A DNA stretch of 64,000 nt from Deltaproteobacteria bacterium (GTDB lineage: Bacteria; Desulfobacterota; Syntrophia; Syntrophales; Smithellaceae). A model generated the notes under the pieces. That model had not been told where the DNA came from. It saw only the letters and a list, made by a program, of their open reading frames with translations, and made no database searches. The translations under genes were made by a program, and so were the position numbers. The stretch is from assembly GCA_036528635.1 (NCBI GenBank), contig JAIGNE010000043.1, forward strand, positions 166,622 to 230,621, given 5' to 3'. Within the stretch, counting starts at the first letter, position 1, and every line of letters begins with the position of its first letter. Shown piece after piece: positions 57,075 to 64,000 of this stretch.

Positions 57075-57299
57075 ATGGCACAGAAAAACTGGCTGCAAAA
57101 TTTTACAAAATCCGATAAAGATCGGTGGATCGGCGGTATTTGCGGCGGATTGGGAGAAAGCACGCCTGTTCCGTCCTGGGCATGGCGAATATTATTTGTC
57201 TTACTCGGGATTTGCTTCTTTACGGGAATTTTGATCTACATTCTGCTCTGGATTTTTGTCCCTAACAAGACGCCGGACGGGTCATACGGGCAGGAATAA
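57075..57299 (+). CDS. PspC-domain membrane protein
   Basis: DRWIGGICGGLGE motif followed by one TM helix. 74 aa. Confidence 0.7.
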   Translation: MAQKNWLQNFTKSDKDRWIGGICGGLGESTPVPSWAWRILFVLLGICFFTGILIYILLWIFVPNKTPDGSYGQE

Positions 57300-57335
57300 A
57301 ACGTCGACCAAACCCTGCACAAAGGCAATGATTGT

Positions 57336-58142
57336 TTGTTGAAGATTAAAGTTGAGAATCTGGCGCTGGATAAAATCCGGCCCAAAAAAATCAGGCAAGC
57401 CTATCCTTTGCTTTTTATTCACGGTGCGGGAGGAACGAGTCAATACTGGAAGAACTACCTTCCGTATTTTGCGGCTGAAGGCTGGGAAGTTTTTGCCATC
57501 AACCTGCGCGGCCATTTCCCCTCTGATCGGGAAGAAGCGCTGGTGCAGGTGACGCTGGAAGATTATCTGGACGACGTGGAAAAAGTCATCCTCCGGCTCG
57601 AGATTACGAATTGTGCGGTCATAGGGCACAGCCTCGGCGGATTAATCGCCCAGAAAACAGCGGAAAAAATAAATTCGATTAAGGCGCTCATCACTCTGGC
57701 CAGCGCGCCTCCCTTTGGCGTTGCTCTGGAAGTGAACAATGATCTGCCCTATCCGGGAGCGATCATCAAAACCATGTGGGGCATGATGAATATGAAGCCG
57801 GTCAAACCGACTTTTCTCATGGCGGAGCAGACCGTCCTCAACAACATCGCCCCCCATGAACGCAAGGCGATTTTCGACATGTTTGTCGCCGAATCATTAT
57901 TTGTCGGCTACCAGGTGGCACAGGGTTTTCCTGTCTATCCGTCGCGAATCGCATGCCCGAAGCTCGTCATCGGCTGCGCTAAAGATTTGATTGCTCCGGC
58001 GGCTATGCAGGAAAGTCTGGCAAATTTTCTACGGGCCGATTATATTGGATATAATCAATTTGCACATTTGCCTATGCTGGAGACGGACTGGGAAAAATCA
58101 GCAGAGGATATTCGGAACTGGTTAAGATCGACAATCCACTGA
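57336..58142 (+). CDS. alpha/beta-fold hydrolase
   Basis: HGAGG oxyanion region and a GHSLGG nucleophile elbow. Confidence 0.8.
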   Translation: MLKIKVENLALDKIRPKKIRQAYPLLFIHGAGGTSQYWKNYLPYFAAEGWEVFAINLRGHFPSDREEALVQVTLEDYLDDVEKVILRLEITNCAVIGHSLGGLIAQKTAEKINSIKALITLASAPPFGVALEVNNDLPYPGAIIKTMWGMMNMKPVKPTFLMAEQTVLNNIAPHERKAIFDMFVAESLFVGYQVAQGFPVYPSRIACPKLVIGCAKDLIAPAAMQESLANFLRADYIGYNQFAHLPMLETDWEKSAEDIRNWLRSTIH

Positions 58143-58294
58143 TGATGCGAAGCAATAATCGGTGTATGTCGTAAACGGCAATGACCTTAAGATCACGCAG
58201 AGGACACAGGGGCACCGTGACTAGCTGAAGCAAAAAGTTAAAACATCATCCGGCATAAAAGACTAAATAAGAAATATACAGGAAAGGGACGGAA

Positions 58295-58960
58295 ATGAAA
58301 TATCAAGATGATATTTATGTTTATGAGTGGGCAAACTATTTTGATAACAACTGCAACAGCTACTATATCGGGGGCGGCGTTCAAGCGCTCATCGACCCGG
58401 GGCTGACGCGCTATTTGCCCGATTTGCTCAATCAGATGGCCAACGACGGCATTAAAAAGAAAGACATCAAGTACGTGATCAACACGCATTCGCATCCCGA
58501 TCACTTTCAGGGTTCCGAACTTTTTGATCAGGAAAAGGTAAAGATCGCCCTGCACCGCAAGGAAATGGACTTCCTCAAGGGTATCGGCGGCGAACTCTAC
58601 GGTCTCTTCGGCATGACCGTCCCGCAGATGCAGATCAACATGCAGCTGGAGGACGGCAGACTCGAACTGGGAGATCAGATCTTTAAAGTCATCTCTATTC
58701 CCGGCCATACCCCCGGTTCCATCGGGCTTTACTGGCCTGCGAAGAAGGTCCTCTTCTGCGGCGATGTCGTATTTCAGCAGAATGTCGGCCGAACGGATTT
58801 TCCCGGCGGCAACGGTTCATTGCTGAAAAAAAGCATTGTCACCCTGTCCGACCTGGATATCGAGGTGCTCTTTCCGGGGCACATGGGTATCATCGAAGGC
58901 CATGACAAAATTCAGGACAACTTCAACATTATCATTCAAAATATATTCCCCTACATTTAG
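58295..58960 (+). CDS. MBL-fold metallo-hydrolase
   Basis: THSHPDHFQG metal-binding motif. 221 aa. Confidence 0.8.
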   Translation: MKYQDDIYVYEWANYFDNNCNSYYIGGGVQALIDPGLTRYLPDLLNQMANDGIKKKDIKYVINTHSHPDHFQGSELFDQEKVKIALHRKEMDFLKGIGGELYGLFGMTVPQMQINMQLEDGRLELGDQIFKVISIPGHTPGSIGLYWPAKKVLFCGDVVFQQNVGRTDFPGGNGSLLKKSIVTLSDLDIEVLFPGHMGIIEGHDKIQDNFNIIIQNIFPYI

Positions 58961-58993
58961 GGACAGTTTATTGCCTGGGAGGATCAGTATTAC

Positions 58994-60679
58994 ATGGCCA
59001 ATGAAGGAAACAAAGTTATCTACTCCATGATTGGAGTCAGCAAGGTTTACGAAAAAAAGCCGGTGCTCAAGGACATCTATTTGTCCTATTTCTACGGCGC
59101 GAAAATCGGCGTCATCGGTTTGAACGGTTCCGGCAAAAGCTCTCTTTTGAAAATTCTCGCCGGAGTGGACGAAGAATTTCTGGGGAAGACCATTCTGTCT
59201 CCCGGATACACCGTGGGCTACCTGGAGCAGGAGCCGCGTCTGGACGAAGCCAAAACCGTCCGCCAGATCGTGGAACAGGGCGTTCAAACGACCATGGACG
59301 TCATCAACGAATATAATGCCGTCAATGAAAAATTCGCCGAGGAAATGTCGGACGATGAAATGACCAGGCTCTGCGACCGGCAGGCCGTCCTGCAGGAAAA
59401 AATGGACGCGCTCGATGCCTGGGATATGGACTCGCGTCTGGAAATGGCAATGGATGCGCTGCGCTGCCCGCCCGGCGACACGCCGGTGAAAGTGCTCTCC
59501 GGCGGCGAGAAGCGCCGCGTTGCCCTGTGCCGCCTACTCTTGCAGAAACCCGATATTTTGCTTCTGGATGAGCCGACCAACCACCTGGACGCCGAATCCG
59601 TCGCCTGGCTGGAACACCACCTGCAAAAGTACGAAGGCACGATCATAGCGGTCACGCATGACCGCTATTTCCTGGATAATGTCGCCGGCTGGATCCTGGA
59701 GCTCGACCGCGGCCAGGGTATTCCCTGGCAGGGCAATTATTCCTCCTGGCTGGAGCAAAAGCAGAACCGTCTGAAGAATGAAGAAAAGTCCGAAGGCGCG
59801 AGAATCAAGACGCTCGAGCGCGAACTGGAATGGATTCGCATGTCGCCCAAAGGCCGGCACGCTAAATCCAAAGCGCGCATCAAGGCTTACGAAGAGCTGC
59901 TGGGAAACACCCAGGAAAAGGAATCCGGCACCCGCGAGATCTTTATCGCTCCGGGACCGCGTCTGGGTGATCTCGTGATTGAAGCTCAGAACGTCAATAA
60001 AGGCTACGGTGAAAAGCTGCTTGTAGACGACATGACGTTTTCTTTGCCGCCGGGCGGCATCGTCGGCGTCATCGGTCCCAACGGCGCAGGGAAGACCACG
60101 CTGTTCCGCATGATTACCGGCCAGGAAACGCCGGATGCCGGAACCATCCGCATCGGCGACACCGTGAAGCTCGCTTACGTCGATCAGAGCCGCGATTCAC
60201 TCGACCCGGACAAAAACATCTGGGAGATGATTTCCGATGGTCAGGATATCATAGCCATCGGCAGCCGCCAGATCAATTCGCGCGCGTATGTATCGCGTTT
60301 CAATTTTTCCGGGACGGACCAGCAGAAAAAAGTCGGAGCGCTCTCCGGAGGCGAGCGCAACCGCGTCCATCTGGCGCGTATGCTCAAGGAAGGCGGCAAT
60401 GTTCTTCTGCTCGACGAACCGACCAACGATCTGGATGTGAACACCCTGCGCGCGCTCGAAGATTCTCTGGAGAGTTTTGCCGGCTGCGTCGTCGTCATCA
60501 GCCACGACCGCTGGTTTCTGGACAGAATCTGCACGCACATCCTGGCCTTTGAAGGCGACAGCAAGGTGTTATTCTTCGACGGCAACTATTCCGAATACGA
60601 AGAAGACCGCAAAAGCCGCCTCGGCGCCGCCGCCAGCCAGCCGCACCGGATTAAATACCGGCAATTAACACGCAGGTAA
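58994..60679 (+). CDS. ettA: energy-dependent translational throttle protein EttA (ABC-F family)
   Basis: Two ABC cassettes. N-terminus VIYSMIGVSKVY..YGAKIGVIGLNGSGKSSLLKILAG matches EttA/YjjK. 561 aa. Confidence 0.85.
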   Translation: MANEGNKVIYSMIGVSKVYEKKPVLKDIYLSYFYGAKIGVIGLNGSGKSSLLKILAGVDEEFLGKTILSPGYTVGYLEQEPRLDEAKTVRQIVEQGVQTTMDVINEYNAVNEKFAEEMSDDEMTRLCDRQAVLQEKMDALDAWDMDSRLEMAMDALRCPPGDTPVKVLSGGEKRRVALCRLLLQKPDILLLDEPTNHLDAESVAWLEHHLQKYEGTIIAVTHDRYFLDNVAGWILELDRGQGIPWQGNYSSWLEQKQNRLKNEEKSEGARIKTLERELEWIRMSPKGRHAKSKARIKAYEELLGNTQEKESGTREIFIAPGPRLGDLVIEAQNVNKGYGEKLLVDDMTFSLPPGGIVGVIGPNGAGKTTLFRMITGQETPDAGTIRIGDTVKLAYVDQSRDSLDPDKNIWEMISDGQDIIAIGSRQINSRAYVSRFNFSGTDQQKKVGALSGGERNRVHLARMLKEGGNVLLLDEPTNDLDVNTLRALEDSLESFAGCVVVISHDRWFLDRICTHILAFEGDSKVLFFDGNYSEYEEDRKSRLGAAASQPHRIKYRQLTRR

Positions 60680-60742
60680 ACAGGCTGTAGGCTATCAGGA
60701 GATTGCAGCAGCGGTTTGGATTAATTACCCCAGACGCAAGGG

Positions 60743-61048
60743 CTAAATCTTAGGTAACTTAATCTTTCTTTTTTCCGTCTGTGGACAGGGACGATAGAAG
60801 ATAGCCACATTGCCGATCAGGCCGGCCAGTTCGCTTTTGGTGGCCTGCGCGATTTGGGCCGCGATTTCTTTCTTGGCTTCTTTGAAGTCACCGAATTTAA
60901 CTTTGATGAGTTCGTGGTCTTTCAGGGCGAGGTCGACGGAGCCGAGCAGCTGCTCGGTAACACCTTTCGCGCCGATGATGACGAGTGGTTTTAAGTGATG
61001 CGCCTCTCCGCGCAGATACTTTCGTTGAAAGCCTTTAAGGGGTTCCAT
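60743..61048 (-). CDS. yhbY: ribosome assembly RNA-binding protein YhbY (CRM domain)
   Basis: LKPLVIIGAKGVTEQLLGSVDLALKDHELIKVKF matches the CRS1/YhbY domain. 101 aa. Confidence 0.8.
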   Translation of the reverse strand: MEPLKGFQRKYLRGEAHHLKPLVIIGAKGVTEQLLGSVDLALKDHELIKVKFGDFKEAKKEIAAQIAQATKSELAGLIGNVAIFYRPCPQTEKRKIKLPKI

Positions 61049-61246
61049 GTTTTATTCCTGATTCTTTAAGTTGGTCTTCGTATAGCACAAAAGAACATTT
61101 TTAAGAAATTATAATATCTGTTCATCATTTGGCTCTTTGATGAAAATCTATCGGTTGCTCATTTTTCTTCCCCCTTCACTTACGACCTGATGGGGATACG
61201 AGAAGGGTTGAAGTTACATCGTAACGAATACTGTATGTCCCCTTAA

Positions 61247-61292
61247 AACAAGGGGTCTCACCACCCTTTAGTGGTGGTTGCAACCTCTTGTT
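61247..61292. repeat. structured palindromic element related to 3361-3404 (AACAAGGGG...CTTGTT family), preceded by a CCCCTT-AAAAC-AAGGGG hairpin
   Basis: AACAAGGGG outer arm with CCTCTTGTT partner. Inner CCACC/GGTGG stem. GGTTGCAACC palindrome. Lies in the 373-nt divergent yhbY/amidase spacer. Confidence 0.45.
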
Positions 61293-61421
61293 CTGTCGTT
61301 CTCGGTCCTGACCGAATCTGTGCAGAGGAATTTATGACACACCAGGCTCGACAAACTGGTAGAAATGTTCGTCAAATAGTGTCATTATCGGCACACATCA
61401 ACAGAAGGGAGCCTTTTCGCC

Positions 61422-62945
61422 ATGAAAAAAAAGATTTCTTCTTCCAAAGCTGTACCTCGTATCACGTTTGATCCGAATTTCGGCACAGCCGTTCAGGCCG
61501 TCAAAGCCATCAAGTCCGGCGTCATCTCGTCCCGGGAACTGACCAGGCACATCTTCGGCCGCATTAAAAAACACAATGAAAAAATCAATGCCTTTGTGAC
61601 ACTCAATGAAGTTCAGGCATTAAAGCGCGCCCGGAAGGCGGACAACGACCTGGCTGCCGGAAAGATTTGGGGACCGCTCCACGGCCTGCCGATTCTCATC
61701 AAGGACCAATATGCAACCGCGGGCCTGCGAACCACCTGCGGTTATCCACAACTTGAGGACTATATTCCCCAAACAAATGCCCTGACGGTAAACCGGCTGC
61801 TTAATGCCGGAGCCATCATTATCGGTAAAACCAATACACCCATTGGCGCGAGCGACATTCAAACTTATAACAAAGTGGCCGGAACAACCAATAACCCCTG
61901 GGATGTGACCAGAACCTCCGGCGGTTCGACGGGAGGCGGCGCGGCGGCGCTGGCTGCGGGTTTCGGATTTCTTGAGCTGGGGGCGGATCTGGCAGGCTCG
62001 ATTCGCACACCGAGCAACTTCTGCGGTGTCTGCGGCCATAAGCCAACGCTCGGCATCGTGCCGCTCCAGGGTGCGATTCCGCCCCTGCCTTCTCAGATTC
62101 CGCCGGCTATCGATCTGACCGGGCTAACCGATCTGGCTGTAGCCGGCCCCCTTGCGCGTTCGGCCCGCGATTTGAAGCTGGAGCTGGAAATTATTGCCGG
62201 ACTGAAACCGGATGAAGCAAAAGCTTTGCACTGGTCGTTACCGAGGCCGCGAAAGCCAAATCTCAAAGACTACAAGATTGGTTTTGTTGCTGACGATCCT
62301 TTCTGCCCGGTGAACCCTGAAATCAAGGGGATTATGGAAAATACCATCGCTCGTCTGCGGAAGGAAGGCGTGAAAGTGAAGAAGGGGTGGCCGGAAGATA
62401 TTTCATTTGCAAATGTTTTCGACAACTATTTCCGGTTAATGGCCGCCTACGTATCTTTATCACCGGTTTTTACGGAGCAGGTGATTGAGGCAATGAAGCC
62501 CCTGTTCAATGAACCCTTCGGAGATACACAGAAATGTTTCGTGGAAGGATTGACGATTTCTCATAAAGACCGGCACACGCTCAGCGTGAAGCGGCTTGCC
62601 TCCCGCCTGGCCTGGCAGGAATATTTCAAAACGTACGACGCTTTCCTGATGCCGGCAAACTGCATACCGGCATTTATTCACAATCACGGACGCATCATGT
62701 GGGGTCGAATCATCGAGGAAACAGATGGATCGCGTTATTACAGCGAAGCTTTTAAATGGATTTCCATTGCGACACTGGCCGGCTGCCCCGTCACCGTGAT
62801 TCCCGCGGGAAGAACAAAGGCGAACCTGCCGGTCGGCATTCAAATTATGGGGCCGTACATGGAAGATGGCACGACGCTCGACCTGGCGATCAGGATGGAA
62901 GAGGTTCTGGGCGGTTTCATGCCGCCTCCGGGATTTGGCATGTGA
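61422..62945 (+). CDS. amidase (amidase-signature family, GatA-like)
   Basis: GGSTGGGAAALAAGFGFLELGADLAGSIRTPS amidase signature. 507 aa. Confidence 0.85.
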   Translation: MKKKISSSKAVPRITFDPNFGTAVQAVKAIKSGVISSRELTRHIFGRIKKHNEKINAFVTLNEVQALKRARKADNDLAAGKIWGPLHGLPILIKDQYATAGLRTTCGYPQLEDYIPQTNALTVNRLLNAGAIIIGKTNTPIGASDIQTYNKVAGTTNNPWDVTRTSGGSTGGGAAALAAGFGFLELGADLAGSIRTPSNFCGVCGHKPTLGIVPLQGAIPPLPSQIPPAIDLTGLTDLAVAGPLARSARDLKLELEIIAGLKPDEAKALHWSLPRPRKPNLKDYKIGFVADDPFCPVNPEIKGIMENTIARLRKEGVKVKKGWPEDISFANVFDNYFRLMAAYVSLSPVFTEQVIEAMKPLFNEPFGDTQKCFVEGLTISHKDRHTLSVKRLASRLAWQEYFKTYDAFLMPANCIPAFIHNHGRIMWGRIIEETDGSRYYSEAFKWISIATLAGCPVTVIPAGRTKANLPVGIQIMGPYMEDGTTLDLAIRMEEVLGGFMPPPGFGM

Positions 62946-63042
62946 AGCGTCGTTTGTGAAGCGTGAAGCGCGTATCTTGTTTCTTACGCTTCACGCACTC
63001 TGCTGCTACTTTGTGCTTTTTACCCGTCTGCGAGGATTTAAA

Positions 63043-63369
63043 ATGTTTTGCCCAAAATGCGGAGCTGAATATCGGGAAGGTTTCAGCAAATGCGCCGATT
63101 GCGGAACAGATTTAATTGCCGGACAACCGCCGGAGTCTGACGGTGATGTCCGTTATGTAGAGATGATAGAAGTTTTCTCGACATACAACCCCGGCGATAT
63201 TGCCGTAATCAAATCCATTCTCGATGGCGAAGGTATCCACTATTACTTTCAGGGTGAGAACACTAACTTGATGGTCGGAGGCGGGGCGTATGCCCGCCTG
63301 CTGGTTCAAGCCGATCAGGTCGAACGCGTCCGGGACATTCTTCAGGAAATGGGATTTCTGGACAAATAA
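63043..63369 (+). CDS. zinc-ribbon + DUF2007-like small protein (putative signal-transducing protein)
   Basis: MFCPKCGAEYREGFSKCADCGTDL zinc ribbon followed by a DUF2007-like domain. Start taken as the internal ATG of track ORF 62866..63369. Confidence 0.6.
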   Translation: MFCPKCGAEYREGFSKCADCGTDLIAGQPPESDGDVRYVEMIEVFSTYNPGDIAVIKSILDGEGIHYYFQGENTNLMVGGGAYARLLVQADQVERVRDILQEMGFLDK

Positions 63370-63486
63370 AATTAAACAACAATTTGCTGTCAGCACGTCC
63401 TTCATGAAGGTCCGTGTCGACATTTTTTCACTGAATGAATTCATCCTGCAAGAGCCCTGTTGCATCATGCAATGACAACACCAGAG

Positions 63487-64000
63487 TCAGTCGAGTCTAA
63501 GGACACCTTTTTTCAACTTGCGATGAATGGTCGATGGGTTGATGCCCAGTTTTTTTGCAGCTTTAACAATGCTGCCCGTCATTTGATACGCCTGTCTGAT
63601 CCATTTCTCCTCAAACTGTTCCATCGCCTTGGGCAGGGAAGACGGCAGCGCGATCACCACCTGTTCATGCGTCGGAATGTCCCGGACGTCGCTGTCCTGA
63701 CGGGGTCTGATGTTCAGGATCAGCTCCAGATCCTCCTCATTTAACTCCTGTGAGGAGTAGATGATGGCCATCCGTTCAATAACATTTTTCAACTCGCGCA
63801 CGTTGCCCGGCCATTCATACTGAACGAGATGGTTCATCAGTCTTGCCGGAAGCTTGATGTCCGTACTATATTTGGTGTTGAAGATTTGAATAAAATGCCG
63901 GATCAGGGGAAGAATGTCCTCTTGTCTGTTACGCAGCGGCGGAATGAAAATCGGGATCACCGCAATCCGGTAAAAGAGATCCTGGCGGAAATGCTTACTG
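63487..64000 (-). CDS. sigma-54-dependent transcriptional regulator (C-terminal part; N-terminus beyond window end)
   Basis: Sigma-54 activator AAA+ C-terminal segment (YEWPGNVRELKNVIER) and a Fis-type HTH (AAKKLGINPSTIHRKLKK). The ORF continues past 64000. Confidence 0.8.
   Translation of the reverse strand, partial: SKHFRQDLFYRIAVIPIFIPPLRNRQEDILPLIRHFIQIFNTKYSTDIKLPARLMNHLVQYEWPGNVRELKNVIERMAIIYSSQELNEEDLELILNIRPRQDSDVRDIPTHEQVVIALPSSLPKAMEQFEEKWIRQAYQMTGSIVKAAKKLGINPSTIHRKLKKGVLRLD

Noticed and set aside
1-64000. CRISPR arrays, rRNA, integrase or transposase genes
   Set aside because: No regularly spaced direct repeats, no rRNA-like sequence, and no recombinase or transposase motif seen in any frame.

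Overview
A GC-rich window that looks deltaproteobacterial (sulfate-reducer-like). It contains four blocks.

(1) 1-16.9 kb: housekeeping genes. A minus-strand AAA ATPase, selA and a HemW-like radical-SAM gene, then def, then a complete glycine-cleavage cluster gcvT-gcvH-gcvPA-gcvPB followed by lipA, then an RND efflux triplet (adaptor, pump, outer-membrane factor).

(2) 17.0-21.9 kb: an AT-rich island of about 5 kb. Two type II toxin-antitoxin modules (RHH-RelE/ParE and YefM-YoeB) flank an 838-aa protein with no recognisable domain. I rate this the best candidate for a genuinely undescribed function.

(3) 21.9-33.4 kb: an ABC transporter (ATPase/permease fusion) with an unusual N-terminal domain and a periplasmic partner, an SH3 lipoprotein, acyl-CoA ligase, asd, ribF, tRNA-Leu(CAG), an nfeD-flotillin pair and a TetR regulator.

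(4) 33.5-53.9 kb: one long minus-strand array. It is a complete dissimilatory sulfite reductase locus, dsrA-dsrB-dsrD-dsrN-dsrC, then an extra HdrE/HdrD-like (DsrMK-paralog) pair, then dsrMKJOP. The dsrP stop overlaps the start of an acetate kinase (GTGA overlap). Downstream, still in the same orientation, are an Xsc-like (sulfoacetaldehyde acetyltransferase-like) TPP enzyme, an SDR, a second TPP enzyme, an MFS transporter and a Zn-ADH. I infer a candidate organosulfonate-to-sulfite/acetyl-phosphate module fused to the sulfite-reduction machinery.

Divergently from dsrA lie a BPL_N-like hypothetical gene, ccdA, tlpA and a PspC-domain gene, then hydrolases, ettA, yhbY, an amidase and a partial sigma-54 activator.

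Several dispersed palindromic (REP-like) element families sit in intergenic spacers. No CRISPR array, rRNA, integrase or transposase was seen.
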